Origin: Longimicrobiales bacterium
Lineage (GTDB): Bacteria > Gemmatimonadota > Gemmatimonadetes > Longimicrobiales > Gaopeijiaceae
Assembly: GCA_965226375.1 (NCBI GenBank)
Contig: CBDDCX010000008.1
Location: 64,001-128,000 of the forward strand
Length of the DNA: 64,000 nt
Reading direction: 5' to 3'
The notes below the pieces were generated by a model that was not told where the DNA came from, did no database searches, and was given only the letters and a program-made list of their open reading frames with translations. A program made the position numbers and the translations under genes. This document shows, piece after piece, positions 58,670 through 64,000 of the stretch; the first letter of the stretch is position 1, and every line of letters begins with the position of its first letter.

Positions 58670-60856
58670 ATGACGGGCTATCGACCGCCGTACAGAGCCG
58701 GTGCTCTCGTGGGAGCAGCGGTCTTCGCTCTTTACGCTTTGACCCTGGCACCGACCACGGGCTGGTGGGACGCGAGCGAGTATATCACCACGGGGCATCT
58801 GCTGGGGATCCCACACCCACCGGGAAATCCGCTGTTCGTATCGATCGCACGCACCTGGAGTCTGCTCCTGGCGCCCCTGGGACTACCGGTGGCCGTCCGT
58901 ATCAACCTGTTGGCGGCGGTCACGAGCGCGACGGCCACGTTCTTCTTCTTCCTGATCGGACACCGGATTCTCTCGGCCGTACTCGAAGAGCGTTGGATGG
59001 CCATTCTGGGTGCCGCTTCGGGAGCCCTTATGGGCGCCACCGCGTACACGGTGTGGAATCAGTCGAATGTCAACGAGAAGGTCTACACCTTGAGCGTGAC
59101 GGTCGTCGCAGCCGCATCTTGGCTGGTCCTCCGGTGGTATGACCGTCAGGACGAACCTGCCGGCCTGCGGGCGCTCCTGGTCGCGATCTACCTGATGGTC
59201 CTCGGGGCCGCGAACCATCTCATGTCGGTGCTGCCGGCACCCGCTATCGGCCTCTTCGTGCTTGTGGCGGGCCCGGCGGTTCTGCTGACCGCGAAATTCT
59301 GGGTCCGTGCCGTGCCGCTGGTGATTCTGGGCTTGTCGTTCAACGTCTTCCTTCCCATTCGCGCCGCTCAGGACCCCATTATCAACGAGGGCGATCCTGT
59401 CTGCGAATCTGCCGCTGAGGTGGCGGTAGCCATCTACAGCAACGGCAAGGCCGGTTGTGAGGCGTTGGCCTCCTCGCTGAGTCGGGAACAGTACGCCAAG
59501 CCGCCCGCCAGCGAGCGCCAGGCTCCGTTTCGGGATCAGCTGCTCAACTACTTCCAGTACTTCGACTGGCAGTGGGCGAGAGGCGCCGACCTCGGGTCGC
59601 TGCCCATGGGGGCGCGTCTGCCTGCGACCATGCTGTTCATGGCCTTGGGGTTCATGGGCCTTCTCGTGGTTTGGCGAGCGGACCGAAACATCTTCGCCTA
59701 TCTGGTGACGCTTACCGGCACGGTCACGTTGGGGTTGGTCGTGTACTTGAACTTCAAGTACGGATTCTCGCTCGCTCCACACGTGACGGATCGACTGGCG
59801 CATGAGGTGCGTGAACGCGACTACTTCTTCGTGGCCAGCTTCATTTTGTGGGGCAACCTGTCCGGGCTCGGTCTGGCTGGCTTCTGGTCGGGTCTCGCGG
59901 ATCAATGGGGCGGTGGCGCCGCCTACAAGAAGGCTGCTCCGATCTTTCTTATCGCGCTGATCCCGCTCGTGTACAACTGGACCTGGGCCAACCGGGCAGG
60001 GGACTACGCCCCGAGGGATTGGGCGTACGATCTTCTGATGAGCGTGGAGCCCTACGGCATCCTCTTCACCAACGGGGATAACGATACGTTCCCGCTCTGG
60101 TACTTGCAGGAGATCGAAGGGATTCGGAAGGACGTGAGCGTCATCGTCATCCAGTACCTCTACACCGACTGGTATCCGAAGCAGCTCCGAGACCTGACTG
60201 AGCCTGAGCGACAGAGGCCCTTCGACGAGGAGTTTGCGGCGGGCCTATACCCCTCCACGCCGATTCCTGATTCCTCCATCACGAGGGCGAGCGACGAGAT
60301 TCTCGATGCCGTGGGTTCGGGCCGGATTCCCGACGATCTGGACCTGCCGCTCGGCGACGTGGTCGTCACCTATCCGGCGGGTGCGTACCTGGACCGTGGC
60401 CATCGGCTGGCGCTCAGCTTCATCCACGACTCCATCGGGCAGCGACCGGTCTACTTTGCGAGCGTGGCCGGGCTGTTGGGTGATCTCGGCCTGCAGGACT
60501 GGGGAGTCCGTCACGGTCTCACCACCAAATTGGTGATGCGGGACTTGGATGCCGAGTCACCGGAGGGGTTGGCTCAGGGCAGCGATCGAATGGGCGGCGA
60601 ATGGTTCGACATCGACCGGAATCTCACGCTTGTAAACGACGTCTATCAGTACCGCGGGATCCGGGACCGGGAGATTTGGCAGGATCGCAGCACGCTGAAC
60701 ATCCCTTTGCACTATCAGTTTCTCTTCGTCCAGCTCGCCGACGCTGCTGCCCTCGCCGGCCGACCGACCGATCTTGTGAACGACTTGGCCGCGGAGGCTG
60801 CAGCATTCCGGACGACCGCCTTGGGAGGCCGACGCTACCTTCCGTCGGAGCAATAG
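58670..60856 (+). CDS. DUF2723 / TMEM260-like polytopic glycosyltransferase
   Basis: WWDASEY, IPHPPGNP, EKVY, EVRERDYFF, FTNGDNDTFPLWY, many TMs. Confidence 0.88.
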   Translation: MTGYRPPYRAGALVGAAVFALYALTLAPTTGWWDASEYITTGHLLGIPHPPGNPLFVSIARTWSLLLAPLGLPVAVRINLLAAVTSATATFFFFLIGHRILSAVLEERWMAILGAASGALMGATAYTVWNQSNVNEKVYTLSVTVVAAASWLVLRWYDRQDEPAGLRALLVAIYLMVLGAANHLMSVLPAPAIGLFVLVAGPAVLLTAKFWVRAVPLVILGLSFNVFLPIRAAQDPIINEGDPVCESAAEVAVAIYSNGKAGCEALASSLSREQYAKPPASERQAPFRDQLLNYFQYFDWQWARGADLGSLPMGARLPATMLFMALGFMGLLVVWRADRNIFAYLVTLTGTVTLGLVVYLNFKYGFSLAPHVTDRLAHEVRERDYFFVASFILWGNLSGLGLAGFWSGLADQWGGGAAYKKAAPIFLIALIPLVYNWTWANRAGDYAPRDWAYDLLMSVEPYGILFTNGDNDTFPLWYLQEIEGIRKDVSVIVIQYLYTDWYPKQLRDLTEPERQRPFDEEFAAGLYPSTPIPDSSITRASDEILDAVGSGRIPDDLDLPLGDVVVTYPAGAYLDRGHRLALSFIHDSIGQRPVYFASVAGLLGDLGLQDWGVRHGLTTKLVMRDLDAESPEGLAQGSDRMGGEWFDIDRNLTLVNDVYQYRGIRDREIWQDRSTLNIPLHYQFLFVQLADAAALAGRPTDLVNDLAAEAAAFRTTALGGRRYLPSEQ

Positions 60857-60967
60857 GCACGGGCGGCTGATCACCCCCCTCCTCCCACGGCCGGCTGGGA
60901 ACCCGAGTCCCGTGGGGGGGTGCAACTCCGCCGGAGCACCACCCCTTTCGACGAAAGAGCCGCGACC

Positions 60968-62158
60968 TTGGCAGATCGGCGTATTTCCGAGCTAGAGCCG
61001 GCCGAGCTGACACGATATGCCCGTCACCTGTCCCTACCCGAAGTGGGACTCGAGGGTCAGCAACGCCTCAAGGGCGCTCGCGTGCTGGTTGTGGGAGCGG
61101 GTGGTCTGGGCTCTCCCTTGGCCCTGTACCTGGCGGCGGCGGGAATCGGCACCCTGGGCCTGGTGGATTTCGACGAGGTGGACGCCTCCAACCTTCAGCG
61201 GCAGATCCTGCACGGCACCAAGGACATCGGTCGGGATAAGCTCGCATCGGCCCAGGAGCGGCTGGCCGACGTCAATCCGCACGTAGATGTGGTGTCACAT
61301 CCGGTGCGCTTGAGTTCCGACAACGCGTTGGAGATCCTGGAGCCCTACGACGTCGTGGTGGACGGAACCGACAACTTTCCGACACGCTATCTGGTCAACG
61401 ACGCGTGCGTGCTCCTGGGCAAACCCAATGTCTACGGCTCGATCTTTCGCTGGGAAGGGCAGGTCTCGGTCTTCGCACACGATGACGGCCCCTGCTATCG
61501 ATGCCTCTTCCGCGAGCCTCCCCCTCCGGGCCTCGTGCCCAACTGTGCGGAGGCTGGGGTTCTCGGGGTGCTTCCGGGGGTCATCGGCTCGCTCCAGGCG
61601 TTGGAAGTCATCAAGCTCATCCTCGGCGCCGGTGCCTCACTCAGCGGGCGGCTCCTTATCTTCGACGCCCTGGATTTGAGCTGGAGAGAGGTAGCGTTGC
61701 GACGAAACCCGGACTGCCCGGTCTGTGGTGACGCTCCGACCCAGACCGGCCTCATCGACTACGAGGACTTTTGTGGACTCCGCTTTCGGGAGACGGACAT
61801 GACTCAGGATGAGGTACAGGAGTTACCTGCGACCTTCGGCGAGGTCGGGCCCCAGCAACTGAAACAGCGTCTCGTGGGAGCCGATCCACCGCTGCTCCTC
61901 GACGTCAGGGAGCCCTTCGAGTGGGACATTGTGAGCCTGAAGGAGTTCGAAGAGGTGCGGGTCCCACTCGGTCAGCTGTCTGAGCGGATGAACGAGGTAC
62001 CCGCGGAGCGAGACATCGTGGTGTACTGTCGATCCGGGGCGCGAAGTCGCGTGGCGGCCACCTCGTTGGTGGAGGCAGGCTTCCGGCGCGTGGACAACCT
62101 TACGGGTGGAGTGCTCGCCTGGGCGGACGAGATCGACCCGAGCCTCCCCAGGTACTAG
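60968..62158 (+). CDS. moeB: MoeB/MoeZ-type adenylyltransferase with C-terminal rhodanese domain
   Basis: RYARH, GAGGLGSP, SNLQRQ, DGTDNFPTRY, CYRC, CPVC, DVREPFE, YCRSG. Start uncertain (60920-60968). Confidence 0.9.
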   Translation: MADRRISELEPAELTRYARHLSLPEVGLEGQQRLKGARVLVVGAGGLGSPLALYLAAAGIGTLGLVDFDEVDASNLQRQILHGTKDIGRDKLASAQERLADVNPHVDVVSHPVRLSSDNALEILEPYDVVVDGTDNFPTRYLVNDACVLLGKPNVYGSIFRWEGQVSVFAHDDGPCYRCLFREPPPPGLVPNCAEAGVLGVLPGVIGSLQALEVIKLILGAGASLSGRLLIFDALDLSWREVALRRNPDCPVCGDAPTQTGLIDYEDFCGLRFRETDMTQDEVQELPATFGEVGPQQLKQRLVGADPPLLLDVREPFEWDIVSLKEFEEVRVPLGQLSERMNEVPAERDIVVYCRSGARSRVAATSLVEAGFRRVDNLTGGVLAWADEIDPSLPRY

Positions 62159-62165
62159 AAGGCTG

Positions 62166-63443
62166 TTGGACACCCCATCGCATCCGCGCATCGTGGTCGT
62201 CGGTGCGGGCTTTGGCGGTCTCTGGGCTACACGGCGCTTGATTCGGCACGGGTTCGCCGTGACCCTGCTCGATCGGAACAACTACCACACGTTCTTCCCG
62301 CTGCTCTACCAAGTGGCCGCCGCCGAGCTCAGCCCTGGAGAGATCGCCTACCCTATCAGGAGTCTCTTCCGTGGGGAGCCGCTGGTCGACTTCCGGAAGG
62401 CTGAACTGATCGAGCTCGATCTCGTGACGAGGAGCATCGTCACCGATACGGGTGCCCTGCGATACGACTACCTGATCCTTGCCCCGGGTAGCGTCCCGAA
62501 TTTCTTCGGCGTCGAAGGCGCCGTGAGCTATTCATTTCCGCTCCGAACCATGGACGACGCCATTCCCCTGCGCTACCACGTGCTGGCCTGCTTCGAGCGT
62601 GCGGCTCAGGCGTCGGACCCGGAGGAGCGTCGGGCCCTACTCCGGTTCGCTATCGTAGGGGGAGGGCACACCGGAGTGGAATACGCGGGGGCGCTGGCAG
62701 AGCTGATCTATGGCCCACTCCTGAAGGACTATCACGAGATCTCCGCCGATGAAGTGGACGTGACGATTCTGGAGGGAGGAGAGAGGCTCCTTCCGGGCAT
62801 GCCGGTACGCCTACAGGAGTATGCGCGGGCACGTCTCGAGAAACGGGGCGTCACGGTCCGGCTCGGCTCACCCGTTCTCGCGGTCCGACCGGATGCAGCC
62901 GTCACGAGCGGGCAAGGAGAGCTCCCGACCCACACGGTCGTGTGGGCCGCAGGCGTCCAGGGTGATCCCATGGCCGGCCGGTGGGGCCTTCCCATCGGGC
63001 CGTCAGGACGGGTGCCGGTCGAGCCGACGCTACAGGTGTCGGGACATCCGGAGGTGTTCGTGGTCGGAGACATGGCCTACCTCGAGGCGAACGGAAATCC
63101 TCTGCCCCAGGTGGCCCAGGTCGCTCTTCAGCAGGGGAGCACGGCCGCCGATAGCATCGCGTGCATGATTGTCGGGGAGGAGCCGGTGACGTTCACCTAT
63201 AAGGATCTGGGCGTTCTGGCAGTGGTCGGGCGAAACGCTGCCGTGGCTAGTCTGTGGGGACGGTCCTTCACCGGGCTGGCGGCGTGGGTCCTGTGGCTCA
63301 CGATCCACTTGGCGTGGCTGATAGGATTCCGCAACCGGGCGTTGGTGTTGGTGAACTGGGCCTGGAACTACGTGTTCTATAGACGGGCCGTCCGTCTGAT
63401 CCTACCGGAAGCCACGAGGCGCCCCGGCACCACTGAGGCCTAG
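62166..63443 (+). CDS. Type II NADH dehydrogenase-like NAD(P)/FAD oxidoreductase
   Basis: [38 protein letters not shown]. Confidence 0.88.
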   Translation: MDTPSHPRIVVVGAGFGGLWATRRLIRHGFAVTLLDRNNYHTFFPLLYQVAAAELSPGEIAYPIRSLFRGEPLVDFRKAELIELDLVTRSIVTDTGALRYDYLILAPGSVPNFFGVEGAVSYSFPLRTMDDAIPLRYHVLACFERAAQASDPEERRALLRFAIVGGGHTGVEYAGALAELIYGPLLKDYHEISADEVDVTILEGGERLLPGMPVRLQEYARARLEKRGVTVRLGSPVLAVRPDAAVTSGQGELPTHTVVWAAGVQGDPMAGRWGLPIGPSGRVPVEPTLQVSGHPEVFVVGDMAYLEANGNPLPQVAQVALQQGSTAADSIACMIVGEEPVTFTYKDLGVLAVVGRNAAVASLWGRSFTGLAAWVLWLTIHLAWLIGFRNRALVLVNWAWNYVFYRRAVRLILPEATRRPGTTEA

Positions 63444-64000
63444 AACTCCGCCAGATCCAAGATCGCCTCGAGCACGTCGTGCGGCTGGGGCAGAATCACG
63501 TTTTCCAACTTCGGCGCGTATGCGACCCAGGTATCCATCGAGGCCACTCGCTTCACCGGTCCGTCCAACCAGGCAAAGAGCTCGTCCGATATGCGGGCCG
63601 CAATCTCCGAACCGATGCCCCAAGAGAGCGAGTCCTCATGGGTGATGAGGACCTTGTTGGTCTTCTTCACCGAAGCGGCGATCGACTCCATATCGAAGGG
63701 CGACAACGTGCGCAGATCGATGACCTCGCATTCGATGTCGTGCTGGTCCGCGGCTGTCCTTGCGGCGTCCATGGACCGCTTTACCAGTGCCCCGCAGGTC
63801 ACGATGGTCAGGTCCGTGCCGGGGCGCACGACTTTCGCTTTACCGAACGGAATCATGTAGTCATCGCCCGGATAACGGCCTTTGTTGTGGACCTGCCGAT
63901 AGAGGTGTTTGTGCTCCAGGAAGATGACGGGATCGTCGCAGCGGATCGCGGTTCTCAGGAGCCCGTTGGCGTCCTGGGCGTTGGACGGGAGCACGACCCT
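63440..64000 (-). CDS. 2-oxoacid dehydrogenase E1 beta C-terminal part (partial; runs off the window)
   Basis: [36 protein letters not shown]. Confidence 0.9.
   Translation of the reverse strand, partial: RVVLPSNAQDANGLLRTAIRCDDPVIFLEHKHLYRQVHNKGRYPGDDYMIPFGKAKVVRPGTDLTIVTCGALVKRSMDAARTAADQHDIECEVIDLRTLSPFDMESIAASVKKTNKVLITHEDSLSWGIGSEIAARISDELFAWLDGPVKRVASMDTWVAYAPKLENVILPQPHDVLEAILDLAEF

Noticed and set aside
60860..60965. Possible riboswitch before moeB (GC hairpin, GGGAA and GGTGCAACTCC fragments)
   Set aside because: Only fragments resemble SAM-I or cobalamin motifs and the full architecture could not be built. An Rfam cmscan would settle it.

Overview
High-GC bacterial DNA. The gene repertoire (many exported hydrolases, Ser/Thr kinase-propeller fusion, DUF1592/DUF1552/ankyrin operon, ADOP-type permease, DUF5916, DUF2723) suggests a Gemmatimonadota-like organism; this is inference only. 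There are about 45 genes or gene remnants, and no rRNA, tRNA or CRISPR array was found. Main structures: (1) a nested mobile element at ~33.2-37.9 kb, where a decayed IS481 carries an IS3 element and a class C group II intron. The intron sits antisense, just after a terminator-like hairpin encoded inside the IS481 transposase 3' end, and both genes flanking the IS481 have lost their 5' ends. (2) At the left edge, an SDR gene is bracketed by attC-like core sites with a non-canonical GTTATCG core, suggesting the edge of a gene-cassette array. (3) Uncharacterised envelope systems: the DUF1592/DUF1552/ankyrin operon, a tandem pair of exported HpcH-type aldolases (one lacking a metal ligand), and an ECF sigma factor coupled to a membrane-anchored YCII-like protein. 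(4) A 98-bp CTAG-bounded MITE-like element. (5) Several frameshifted or stop-interrupted genes. Product calls come from recognisable motifs, not database searches.
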